Shown in pieces: positions 46,336-54,941 of a stretch of 64,000 nt of DNA (position 1 is the first letter of the stretch; the number at the start of each line of letters is the position of its first letter). This stretch comes from an uncultured Chloroflexia bacterium (GTDB taxonomy: Bacteria > Chloroflexota > Limnocylindria > Limnocylindrales > CSP1-4): the NCBI GenBank assembly GCA_963795645.1, contig CAWCIK010000006.1, forward strand, positions 1,377,761-1,441,760, read 5' to 3'. Under the pieces are notes generated by a model. The model had not been told where the DNA came from. It did not search any database and saw nothing but the letters and a program-made list of their open reading frames with translations. The position numbers and the translations under genes were made by a program.

Positions 46336-47156
46336 CCAGGCGTGTCGCACTGCTCGGCAAGCCGCTCCGCAGGCGCCATTCGGTCGTAATGCACAACGCG
46401 GCCTTTGCCGCCGCCGGCATCGACGGGCGCTATGAGCTGATGGAGATCGACGAGGCGGACGTGCCCGGTTTCGTCGATGAGGCGCGCGGCGCGGCCTTCC
46501 TTGGCCTCGGCGTGACGGCGCCCTACAAGCCGCTCGTCGCCTCACTTGTCGACGAGGTCGAGCCCGACGCGCACGAGATTGGCGCGGTCAACAACGTCGT
46601 GCGTACGGCCGACGGCCGATTGATCGGCTTCAACACCGACGCGCCCGGCTTTCGCGCTGCCGCCGAAGCGGCGATGTCGTTTCCGCTGACCGGCGCGAAA
46701 GTCGTCGTCGCCGGCGCGGGCGGCGTAGCGCGGGCAATCGTGTACGCCTGTCATCACGCCGGCGTGGCGTCGCTCACGGTCGGCAATCGGACCACGCCCC
46801 GCGCGCTCGGCGGCGTCGACGTCGTGAGCCTGGGTTCGGCCGAGTTCATGGCCGCAGTCCGCGAGGCGGACCTGGCCGTCAACGCCACGACCTTGGGCAT
46901 GGTCGCTGCCGGCATGTCGATCCCCGTCGACGAGCTGCCGCCGACCGCAACGGTCTTCGACTGTGTCTACGTGCCCGCCGAGACGCCTCTGCTGGCCGCG
47001 GCAAGGGCGCGTGGCCTGAGTGCCGCTAACGGCTCGGAGATGCTCATCGCCCAGGCCGCGATCGCCTTCGAGCGCTGGACCGGCATCGGCGGGATGACCG
47101 ACGTCATGCGCGCGGCCGTCGCGCCGCTGCTGGCCGACCCCGCGGCGCAGGCCTGA
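46332..47156 (+). CDS. Shikimate/quinate dehydrogenase family protein
   Basis: S..MHNAAFAAAGIDGRYE, LGVTAPYK, GAVNNVV, GFNTDAPGF, VAGAGGVARA. Confidence 0.8.
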   Translation: MTRRVALLGKPLRRRHSVVMHNAAFAAAGIDGRYELMEIDEADVPGFVDEARGAAFLGLGVTAPYKPLVASLVDEVEPDAHEIGAVNNVVRTADGRLIGFNTDAPGFRAAAEAAMSFPLTGAKVVVAGAGGVARAIVYACHHAGVASLTVGNRTTPRALGGVDVVSLGSAEFMAAVREADLAVNATTLGMVAAGMSIPVDELPPTATVFDCVYVPAETPLLAAARARGLSAANGSEMLIAQAAIAFERWTGIGGMTDVMRAAVAPLLADPAAQA

Positions 47157-47158
47157 TC

Positions 47159-47788
47159 GTGGAGCTCAGCTTTCGAGGTGGCAATCGGCCACCCGTCCAG
47201 ATCGGCGCCGTCTACACGATCGGGCTCAACTACGACGATCCGGCCGATCCGTCCGCGGCGCGTCCGGAGCGACCACTGGTGTACGCCAAGGCCTCGTCGG
47301 CCGTCACGGGCGACGGGTCGGTGATCTCGTGGAATCGGGCGCTGACCGCCAATGTGAACGGCGAGTGCGAGCTCGGGGTGGTCGTCGGCGAAGGCGGCTC
47401 GGTGCTTGGGTACACGATCGTCAACGACGTCACGTCGCAGGACCCATGGCTCGACGGCGACCAGTGGCTGCTGGGCAAGTCATTCCCCGGCTTCTGCCCG
47501 GTCGGGCCGCTGATCGTTCCGGCAGAGGATCTGGACGTCACGGACCTTGCCCTGCGCTTCACCGTCAACGGCGTGACCGTCCAGGACGGACGGACGAGCC
47601 AGATGCGCTTCACGATCGCGCAGATCCTGGACTATCTGAGTGCGCATATCTCGCTCTCGCCGGGTGATCTCATTGCCACCGGCGCCCCCATCCGGATCGG
47701 ACCCGACAGGGAACGACACCTCCAGGCGGGAGACATGATGAAGTGCTGGATAGAGGGCATCGGAGAGCTGACCAACCCTGTGGAGTAG
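47159..47788 (+). CDS. Fumarylacetoacetate hydrolase (FAH) family protein
   Basis: GLNYDDP, ECELGVVVG, YTIVNDVTSQD, GKSFPGFCPVGP, GDLIATGAP. Confidence 0.85.
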   Translation: MELSFRGGNRPPVQIGAVYTIGLNYDDPADPSAARPERPLVYAKASSAVTGDGSVISWNRALTANVNGECELGVVVGEGGSVLGYTIVNDVTSQDPWLDGDQWLLGKSFPGFCPVGPLIVPAEDLDVTDLALRFTVNGVTVQDGRTSQMRFTIAQILDYLSAHISLSPGDLIATGAPIRIGPDRERHLQAGDMMKCWIEGIGELTNPVE

Positions 47789-47807
47789 GCACACAAGGAG
47801 CTAGCGC

Positions 47808-48602
47808 ATGAAGCCGCCGACCGTTTTCCTGGGCGAGATGACCAACCCTGAAATCGAGGAGTACTTCGCCGCCGCGCAGCAGTCGATGGTGCTCATCCCG
47901 ATCGGCTCGACAGAGCAGCATGGTCCTCACGGCCCGTTGCTGACCGACGCGATCATCCCGACCGAGGTCTGCCGGCGGGTAGCGCCGCAGGTCGGCGCGC
48001 TGGTCGCGCCAACCGTCAACTACGGCCTCTCCTATCCGCACAAGGGCTTCACCGGCGTCGTCTACCTGCGCATGTCGACCTTCGCCGCACTGGTCGAGGA
48101 CCTTGTCCTGCAGTTCGCCACGATGGGCTTCAAGCGCATCGTCTTCGTCAATGGCCACTACGACAACACCTATGCCATCGCCTACGCGTGCGCCGCGGCC
48201 GGTGACAGGCTGCCCGTCGGAGTGCGCGCGTTCCCGATCAACTACTGGGATGGGCTGACGCCCGAACAGGCGGGCGAGTACTTCGGAATCGAGAACGGTC
48301 TGCACGCCAACAAGGGCGAAACGTCGGCGGTCATGGCTCTCAACCCAGCGCTGGTCGACCTCGAGCGGGCCACCGCCGAGCTGCCACCGTTTCCCGAGGT
48401 GAGCAGCATGGGCGCCGTGCACACCGCTTTCTTCTTCGCTTCCCCGGGGTCTGTTTATCGCGCCACGCACTCGGGCACGTGGGGCGACCCGCGTGAGTCG
48501 AGCGCGGAGTTCGGCGAAGCGTACTTCGAGGCCGTCACCGCCGGGACGGTTCGGCTCCTGGACGACATCGAGCGAACCCAGGCGGCAATGCCCGACCGCT
48601 AG
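47808..48602 (+). CDS. Creatininase-family amidohydrolase
   Basis: AAGGAG 7 nt upstream. IPIGSTEQHGPHGPLLTD, VFVNGHYDN, HANKGETS. Confidence 0.85.
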   Translation: MKPPTVFLGEMTNPEIEEYFAAAQQSMVLIPIGSTEQHGPHGPLLTDAIIPTEVCRRVAPQVGALVAPTVNYGLSYPHKGFTGVVYLRMSTFAALVEDLVLQFATMGFKRIVFVNGHYDNTYAIAYACAAAGDRLPVGVRAFPINYWDGLTPEQAGEYFGIENGLHANKGETSAVMALNPALVDLERATAELPPFPEVSSMGAVHTAFFFASPGSVYRATHSGTWGDPRESSAEFGEAYFEAVTAGTVRLLDDIERTQAAMPDR

Positions 48603-48636
48603 CCCGGCACAGCCGACCACTCGCATCTTTGGGTCA

Positions 48637-48674
48637 AGTCACCCAGCGTGACTGGCCAGTCATGCAGCGTGACT
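48637..48674. repeat. Tandem pair of hairpin repeats (AGTCAC-CCAGC-GTGACTGG / CCAGTCAT-GCAGC-GTGACTGG), REP-like
   Basis: Units start at 48637 and 48658 (21-nt period), 74-111 nt upstream of the XRE gene start. Confidence 0.7.
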
Positions 48675-48747
48675 GGAGCGCGACATGAAAGCCGCAGCCA
48701 ATGCCGCAATAACGGGCGGATAAGTCCCGATCGCTTGAATTGCGGCC

Positions 48748-49155
48748 GTGTTGGATGGTGCGCGCCTCGGGGCACTTCGAGCGGCGAGAAGCGTCGAGCT
48801 GCGTCTTCGCCAGCACGAAGCCGCGCAAGAGGCGGCTGCTGCTCGGCCGAACTATGAGCTCGTGGGCCGGTACCTGCGGCGCAGCCGTCAGATGACACAT
48901 CTCACCCAGCAACAGCTGGCCGACAGGGCCGGCGTCTCGCAGAGCATGGTCTCGCGCGCTGAACGCGGGACTGCGCAGGCGATGCCCCTCGAGCGGCTGC
49001 TGCGCCTGACGGCGCCACTCGATCGGCTGTTTCCCGTTGGCTGCTGTCCGCACGACCACGATTGTCCGTGGCAGCCATATCGCCCTCCGCAGCACCTCGT
49101 CAACGACTCGACGCTGTTCGTCGAGCGGATGTTGAGACTTGCCGAGGAAACCTAG
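48748..49155 (+). CDS. XRE-family HTH protein with C-terminal Cys/His-rich motif
   Basis: 135 aa, GTG start. LTQQQLADRAGVSQSMVSRAERG HTH. C-terminal FPVGCCPHDHDCPW. Confidence 0.7.
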   Translation: MLDGARLGALRAARSVELRLRQHEAAQEAAAARPNYELVGRYLRRSRQMTHLTQQQLADRAGVSQSMVSRAERGTAQAMPLERLLRLTAPLDRLFPVGCCPHDHDCPWQPYRPPQHLVNDSTLFVERMLRLAEET

Positions 49156-49199
49156 GAGAGCCGCGCAGCGTGGCGGGGATGTCCCCCAATTCGGGCGTC

Positions 49200-49225
49200 A
49201 GTCACGGTGCGTGACTGGCCAGTCG
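49200..49225. repeat. Hairpin repeat AGTCAC-GGTGC-GTGACTGGCC plus truncated second unit (AGTCG..), REP-like
   Basis: 45 nt downstream of the XRE stop and 10 nt from the convergent nagA stop. Same 21-nt period to the truncated copy. Confidence 0.65.
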
Positions 49226-49234
49226 AAGTTCCCG

Positions 49235-50356
49235 CTAGCTGAACCACTGCCCGGCACGCATCACTCGCGTGACACTCAAGTCGGGCGCAAGCTCGACGAG
49301 ATCCGCGCGTTGACCGGCTGCAAGCCGGCCGCGATCGCTAACGCCCAACAGCGCGAGCGGATTGCGGCTGGCGGCGGCGACTGCGGCGGGCAGCGACGTG
49401 CCTTCGTTGACCAGGTTGCGCACCGCAACATCCAGCGACAGCACCGAGCCCGCGAGCGTCGAGGTTCCCGACAGCGTCACTCGTCCATTCGCGACCTCGA
49501 CATCGAGCGTGCCTACCCGACCGCGGCCATCGCCTGTGCCGGCGAGCGAGATCGCGTCGCTGACGAGAATCAGCCGGTCGACGGCCTTGAGCCGGGCGAC
49601 CAGCGGCCACAACGCGCGATCCACGTGCACGCCATCAGCAATCAGCTCCACGTACGCCCTGTCGTCGAGCAACGCCGCGAGCGCGACTCCCGGCGCACGG
49701 TGGTCAACCCCGGTCATGGCATTGAACAGGTGGGTGGTGGTCAGCGCGCCGGCGTCGTAGCCCGCGCGCGCCTCGTCGACGGTCGCGGCGGAATGTCCGA
49801 TAGATATGACCACGCCCCGTTCATCGAGCCAGCTGATCAGGTCAAGCGCACCTGTCAACTCGGGCGCGATCGTGATCACGCGGAGGTCCTCAACCAGCGC
49901 TGAGAGTGCCTCCCGAGGCACCTCCGCCGGGACGCGCAGGACCGACGGATCGTGCGCGCCGCGCCGGAGCTGCGACAGGAATGGTCCCTCGAGGTTGAAG
50001 CCGAGCGGCCGCGCGCCGTCCTCGGGGGCGGTCGGCGCCCACACCCGGACCTGGTCGGCGAACTCGCCCAGGCGCTCGATCGGCGCGGACACCGCGGTTG
50101 GCAGGAAGGAGGTGACACCGTGGCGCAGGAGCGCGCGAGCCATGCCGTCGAGCGCGGCGCGGTCGCCCATCGCGTCGTGCCCGCCCCAGCCGTGAACGTG
50201 AATGTCGACATAGCCAGGTGCGATGTAAGGCATTTCGCGCGTCGCCGAGATCAGCGCATCGAGCTCGACCTCGATGATCGAATCGCCGTCGACGACGACA
50301 GTGCCGGGCACGACCTGGCTGTCCAGCACGAGCCTGCCACTGACGGTTCTGGTCAC
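49235..50356 (-). CDS. nagA: N-acetylglucosamine-6-phosphate deacetylase
   Basis: GYVDIHVHGWGGHD, NLEGPF, ITIAPE, SIGHSAAT, THLFNAM, LIADGVHV. GTG 50356 overlaps the ROK stop (GTGA); the track ORF extends to 50485. Confidence 0.85.
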   Translation of the reverse strand: MTRTVSGRLVLDSQVVPGTVVVDGDSIIEVELDALISATREMPYIAPGYVDIHVHGWGGHDAMGDRAALDGMARALLRHGVTSFLPTAVSAPIERLGEFADQVRVWAPTAPEDGARPLGFNLEGPFLSQLRRGAHDPSVLRVPAEVPREALSALVEDLRVITIAPELTGALDLISWLDERGVVISIGHSAATVDEARAGYDAGALTTTHLFNAMTGVDHRAPGVALAALLDDRAYVELIADGVHVDRALWPLVARLKAVDRLILVSDAISLAGTGDGRGRVGTLDVEVANGRVTLSGTSTLAGSVLSLDVAVRNLVNEGTSLPAAVAAASRNPLALLGVSDRGRLAAGQRADLVELAPDLSVTRVMRAGQWFS

Positions 50357-51294
50357 GCGAGTCCTGCAGCCTGCGCGCCGTGGACGGCCGCGCCGATGCC
50401 GCCCGCCCAGACGCTGAGCTGGGCCGGGACGACCGTGACCGAATCGAGCGACGTGACGTGGACGCGACGGCGCAACTCGGTCCATATCGGCGCCTCGAGC
50501 AGGTCGAATGCGGCCGAGACACCACCGCCGATAACCACTCGGTCGGGCGTGATCGTGACGATCATGTTCGATATGCCGATGCCCAGGTAGCGGCCGACGT
50601 CGTTGATGCCCCGGACGGCGCGTTCGTCGCCGGCGCGCGCGCGCTCGAATGCCTCCTCAGCGGTCGTGGCGCCACACGTGGCCGCGATCTGGTCCGCACG
50701 CGCGAACGCCTCCACGCAGCCGCGATTGCCGCATGCGCACCACGGCCCGTCAGGATCGATCGTCTGGTGGCCGAACTCGCCGGCCGTGCCGTCGTGACCC
50801 TGGTGGACCTGGCCGCCGACAGCCATCACGCCGCCAACGCCCGTGCCCAGCGTGAGGCCGACCATGCACGTGGCGCCACGGCCCGCGCCAAGGCGGAGCT
50901 CGGCCAGGCCGAAGGCGCGGGCATCGTTGATCAGATGAGTCGGCAGCCGCAGGGCCTCGCCGACGACGCGGGCCATGGGCTTGCCCATCCAGTCGCCCGG
51001 ACAGTTGATCAGCAGCCGCGTCGTGCCGTCGGCCGGGTTGTACAGCCCCGGCACGCCGATGCCCACGGACGCTGCTCCCGGGTTACGCACGATTGCCTCG
51101 GCACCGACGCCGGCCAGGCGCTCGATGACCGAGTCGGGGCCTCGTTCTGCGAGTGTCGGCACCTCGTCGCGATCGACGACGCGCCACGCGTCGTCGTCAG
51201 CGTCGCGGTCGTGGTCGACGACGACCCACTTGATGTTCGTACCGCCGAGGTCGAGGCCAAGGTGACGCGTCTTCATGCGTGGCTCATCGTCCAC
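50353..51294 (-). CDS. ROK-family sugar kinase
   Basis: LGLDLGGTNIK, GIGVPG, GEFGH, zinc motif CACGNRGCVEAF. Start at 51294 or ATG 51276. Confidence 0.85.
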   Translation of the reverse strand: MDDEPRMKTRHLGLDLGGTNIKWVVVDHDRDADDDAWRVVDRDEVPTLAERGPDSVIERLAGVGAEAIVRNPGAASVGIGVPGLYNPADGTTRLLINCPGDWMGKPMARVVGEALRLPTHLINDARAFGLAELRLGAGRGATCMVGLTLGTGVGGVMAVGGQVHQGHDGTAGEFGHQTIDPDGPWCACGNRGCVEAFARADQIAATCGATTAEEAFERARAGDERAVRGINDVGRYLGIGISNMIVTITPDRVVIGGGVSAAFDLLEAPIWTELRRRVHVTSLDSVTVVPAQLSVWAGGIGAAVHGAQAAGLA

Positions 51295-51307
51295 GGCCGG
51301 TCCCGCG

Positions 51308-52303
51308 TCAGCGCTCGGCGGTGACGCGCGTGTAGGCGGCAGCGACGAGAACGACGATCGAGCCGAACACGATCTGGCGCCACGGCTCCGGCAGAGCGAT
51401 GCTCAGTACGCCGCCCAGCACGGTCAGGATGAGGGCCCCCACTATCGAGCCCGAATAGCCGCCCCGGCCGCCCAGGATCGACGTTCCGCCGATCACCGCG
51501 GCAGCGACCGCAGGCAGCAGGTACGGCGTCGCGAGCGTGACGCTCGCAGTATTCGAAAGGCCCGACTGGAGCAGCCCCGCAATCGCCGCCAGCAACGCCG
51601 AGATGACGTAGACGACGACCAGCACCTGCCACGACCGGACCCCGGACAGGCGCGCGGCAACCGGGTTGTCGCCGATCGCATAGAGCATGCGACCGTAGCC
51701 GGTGCGTCTCAATCCTAGGATGAGCAGCACCGCTATCGGCACAAACACGATCAGGTCGTTCGGAATCACGTCGAAGCTCAGGCCGGTGCCCACCCAGCGG
51801 ATCTCCGCCGGCACGCCGGAGCCTGTCTGCACATTCTGCAGCTGCCAGACGTTGGCGAACCCGAACACGATCAGGCCCATGCCCAGGGTCATGATCAGCG
51901 GGTGGACGCGGAAGATGCCGATGCCGATGCCGCTGACCAGGCCGGCCAGCGCCGATGCAGCGAGCGCGACGACGAGGCCCATCACCCAGCCACCAGGCTG
52001 ATGAACGAATGTCGCGACGACGAAGCCGGACATCGACGCGATGTAGCCGACCGACAGGTCGATGCCGCCGGTGAGCATGGTCAGCGTCTGGCAGCCGGCG
52101 AGAATCGCCAGCACGGCCGCCTGCCGAATCGTGAACGCCACCCATCCGGAGTTGACCGTGCCCGGTCGAGCCAGCTCGGCGACGACCACCAGCACGACGA
52201 GCAGGATGCTCAGCGGTACGAGCGGGTAGTCACGCAGGAGGTTGCGCCACGCGGAAGCACGCAGCCATGTCCTGTCCCCGGCAGTGCCCGTCGCCGCCGT
52301 CAC
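51308..52303 (-). CDS. Sugar ABC transporter permease (ribose/xylose-type, BPD_transp_2)
   Basis: 331 aa and polytopic. GGIDLSVGYI motif. Confidence 0.85.
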   Translation of the reverse strand: MTAATGTAGDRTWLRASAWRNLLRDYPLVPLSILLVVLVVVAELARPGTVNSGWVAFTIRQAAVLAILAGCQTLTMLTGGIDLSVGYIASMSGFVVATFVHQPGGWVMGLVVALAASALAGLVSGIGIGIFRVHPLIMTLGMGLIVFGFANVWQLQNVQTGSGVPAEIRWVGTGLSFDVIPNDLIVFVPIAVLLILGLRRTGYGRMLYAIGDNPVAARLSGVRSWQVLVVVYVISALLAAIAGLLQSGLSNTASVTLATPYLLPAVAAAVIGGTSILGGRGGYSGSIVGALILTVLGGVLSIALPEPWRQIVFGSIVVLVAAAYTRVTAER

Positions 52304-53310
52304 GCTCGACTCCTTCTCATCTGGAGGTAGCTACCGACCATCAGCACGCCGATCAGGATCAGGCCCTGGGCGACGAGGCCGTAGTTCGAGTCAACCCTCA
52401 TGAACGTCATCGCATCGCGAATCAGCTGCAGGATGATGACCGCCACGATCGGTCCGAACACGCCTCCGGTGCCGCCCGCCAGGCTGACGCCACCCAGTAC
52501 GACCGCAGCAATGCTGACCAGCACGTAAGTCGCCTCGGGCACCGGCGTGCCGATGCCCGTGCTGGCGGTCAGCGAAAGCCCGGCGATGGCGGCGATAAAT
52601 CCGGTGATGACATACGACAGGAACTTGGTGCGGTTGACCGGCACGCCACTGCGGAAGGCGGCCAGCTTGTTGCTGCCGATCGAGTAGAGCGACAGCCCCT
52701 GCCGCGAACGCGAGAGCGGGATCCAGATCACGGCCACGATGATGATGAGCAGGATCCCGGCCTTGGGCAGGAAATCGACTCCCAGCGCGCCGACCACGAG
52801 GCCCTTGAGCCAGTCCGCGGCCGCGCCACCTGGCGCCGGCCGGACCAGGAGGGCGAACCCTGCCCAGATGAAGTACGTCGCCAGCGTCACGACGATGTCC
52901 GGCACCTTGGTCAGCACGATCAGGCCACCGTTGACCGCGCCCAGAAGCATCCCGAGCAGCAGCACAAGGACGACGATGCCGACCGCGGTGATGTCGCCGG
53001 GGTAGTCCTTCATCAGCGTTGCGGCCACGCAGCTCGTGAGCGCCATCTGGGAGCTGATTGAAAGGTCGATGCCACCCGAGATGACGACCACGGCCTGGGC
53101 AACCGCGGCGAGGGCGAGCGGCAGGATCGAGGTGGCCGTGCCCTGGAAGCTGTTCAGACCATAGTTCGGGTTGACGAACTTGATGAAAACGAGCAGGACG
53201 GCCAGGAAGCCGAGCAGGCTCAGGGTCCACGCGTTCTTGCGTGCGACAACGCTGACCGAGTTGGAGAAGCCTGAGCCTGGCTGCCCGACGTTGGCCGTCG
53301 TCGCGCTCAT
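52300..53310 (-). CDS. Sugar ABC transporter permease (ribose/xylose-type, BPD_transp_2)
   Basis: 336 aa and polytopic. GGIDLSISSQ motif. 4-nt overlaps with both neighbours. Confidence 0.85.
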   Translation of the reverse strand: MSATTANVGQPGSGFSNSVSVVARKNAWTLSLLGFLAVLLVFIKFVNPNYGLNSFQGTATSILPLALAAVAQAVVVISGGIDLSISSQMALTSCVAATLMKDYPGDITAVGIVVLVLLLGMLLGAVNGGLIVLTKVPDIVVTLATYFIWAGFALLVRPAPGGAAADWLKGLVVGALGVDFLPKAGILLIIIVAVIWIPLSRSRQGLSLYSIGSNKLAAFRSGVPVNRTKFLSYVITGFIAAIAGLSLTASTGIGTPVPEATYVLVSIAAVVLGGVSLAGGTGGVFGPIVAVIILQLIRDAMTFMRVDSNYGLVAQGLILIGVLMVGSYLQMRRSRA

Positions 53311-54863
53311 GGCTCTATCGCCGCTTCAACCGCGGCGCGCTCCGCGTCGGTTGCGGCCGCAGTCTGCTCCGGCAGGGCTGAGCCGGGCTTGAGGTTGTGT
53401 GCCGCGCGGAGCAGCGCCGCCTCGTCGGCCCCCGCCCCGGGCATCTCGGCGACCACTTCACCGCCGAAGATGACGATGACCCGGTCGCACGTGATTCCGA
53501 TCTCCTTCAGCTCGGACGTGTACAGCAGGATCGCCGCCCCAGCAGCGGCTAGATCACGCAAGAGCACGTAGATCTGGCTCTTGGTGCGGATGTCGATGCC
53601 GCGTGTCGGGTCAAAACAGAGCATCGTCTTCACGCCGGATGCGACCCAACGCGCGATGGTTACCTTTTGCTGGTTGCCGCCGGACAGGCGGCTCACCTCG
53701 CTTCCGGCACGGGCATCGATCTGGAGCGTCTCGACCGCCTCGTCGACGTGGCGACTCTCGCCGCCGAGGTTGATCCAGCCCCAGTGCCTGATGCGCGCCG
53801 AGGTGGGCAGGGAGATGTTCTCGCGCACGGAGCGCTGCATGAGCAGGGCCTCGGCCCGGTCGGCCGCGATGTAGACGGTGCCGATTTTGATGGCATCCGC
53901 GGGATGGCGGAACGAGACCTGCTTGCCATCGACAAGGAAAGAGCCGCCGTTCGGCCGAGCTGAACCGGCGAGCACGTCAAACAGCTCGTCCTGGCCCTGG
54001 CCATCGAGCGCGACGACTCCCAGCACCTCGCCCGGGTAGAGGTCGAAGGATGCGTTGTGCAACCGGCGAGTGGCGCCGATGTTGCGCACGCTCAGACGGG
54101 GCGTCTGCTTGCTGCGGTCGATGGCCGGTCCGGTGCGTGCCTGGCGCACAAACGCCTCCGCGCTCTCGCCCAGCATCAGCTCGACGATCTCGTCTTCCGA
54201 GCCGGCGGTGACGTCGACCACGCCGACCGTTTCACCGTTGCGCAGGACAGTCGCCCGGTCGCAGATTGACGCAATCTCGATCATGCGATGGGAGATGAAG
54301 ATCACCGAGCGATCGGTGCCCAGCTTCTGAACGACCTCCAGCACGCGCTCGGTCAGGTTGCTGGGCAGCGCCGCAGTGATCTCGTCGAGCAACAATACAT
54401 CGGGCTCAAGCGCCAGGGCGCGAGCCAGGTCGACGATGCGCAGGGACGCCAGCGGCAGCCGCCGCGCGACGGTCGCCATGTTCAGGTCTTCAAGCCCAAG
54501 CTCGTTCAGCCAGTGGCGAAACGGCTCGGGTGGTGTCTTCGTCAGGCGCAGGTTGTCGCGGATATCGAGATCCGGAATGACCGCCGGCTCCTGGTAGACG
54601 GAGACGAGGCCATTGCGACGCGCCTCGGCCGGCGAGTGCGATGTCCGCTCCCGGCCGCGCACGACGATTCGCCCGCTGTCGGGCGTGACGGCACCGGTCA
54701 GGATCTTCACGAACGTGCTCTTGCCGGCGCCGTTGGCGCCCATGAGCGCGTGAACCTCGCCCGGGCGTACCGCCAACGAGGCGTTGTCCAGGGCGACGAC
54801 GGCGCCGTACGTCTTAGAGACATCCGTCGCTTCGAGTAGCAGGTCGGCAGCGGTCAGGGTCAT
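53307..54863 (-). CDS. Sugar ABC transporter ATP-binding protein (duplicated NBD)
   Basis: 518 aa. GANGAGKST Walker A, LLLDEITAAL, and a second NBD with LSGGNQQKV signature. Confidence 0.9.
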   Translation of the reverse strand: MTLTAADLLLEATDVSKTYGAVVALDNASLAVRPGEVHALMGANGAGKSTFVKILTGAVTPDSGRIVVRGRERTSHSPAEARRNGLVSVYQEPAVIPDLDIRDNLRLTKTPPEPFRHWLNELGLEDLNMATVARRLPLASLRIVDLARALALEPDVLLLDEITAALPSNLTERVLEVVQKLGTDRSVIFISHRMIEIASICDRATVLRNGETVGVVDVTAGSEDEIVELMLGESAEAFVRQARTGPAIDRSKQTPRLSVRNIGATRRLHNASFDLYPGEVLGVVALDGQGQDELFDVLAGSARPNGGSFLVDGKQVSFRHPADAIKIGTVYIAADRAEALLMQRSVRENISLPTSARIRHWGWINLGGESRHVDEAVETLQIDARAGSEVSRLSGGNQQKVTIARWVASGVKTMLCFDPTRGIDIRTKSQIYVLLRDLAAAGAAILLYTSELKEIGITCDRVIVIFGGEVVAEMPGAGADEAALLRAAHNLKPGSALPEQTAAATDAERAAVEAAIEP

Positions 54864-54941
54864 CCGGTCCCCGCTCCTAGGTTGAAGAAGGCGGTGGAGC
54901 CGGACGAACCGGCGTCCACCGCCTTAGCACTTACGGGTTGG

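Noticed and set aside
42877-49225. A CRISPR array formed by the hairpin repeats.
   Set aside because: At most two units occur per locus, they are directly adjacent with no spacers of CRISPR length, and there are no cas genes.
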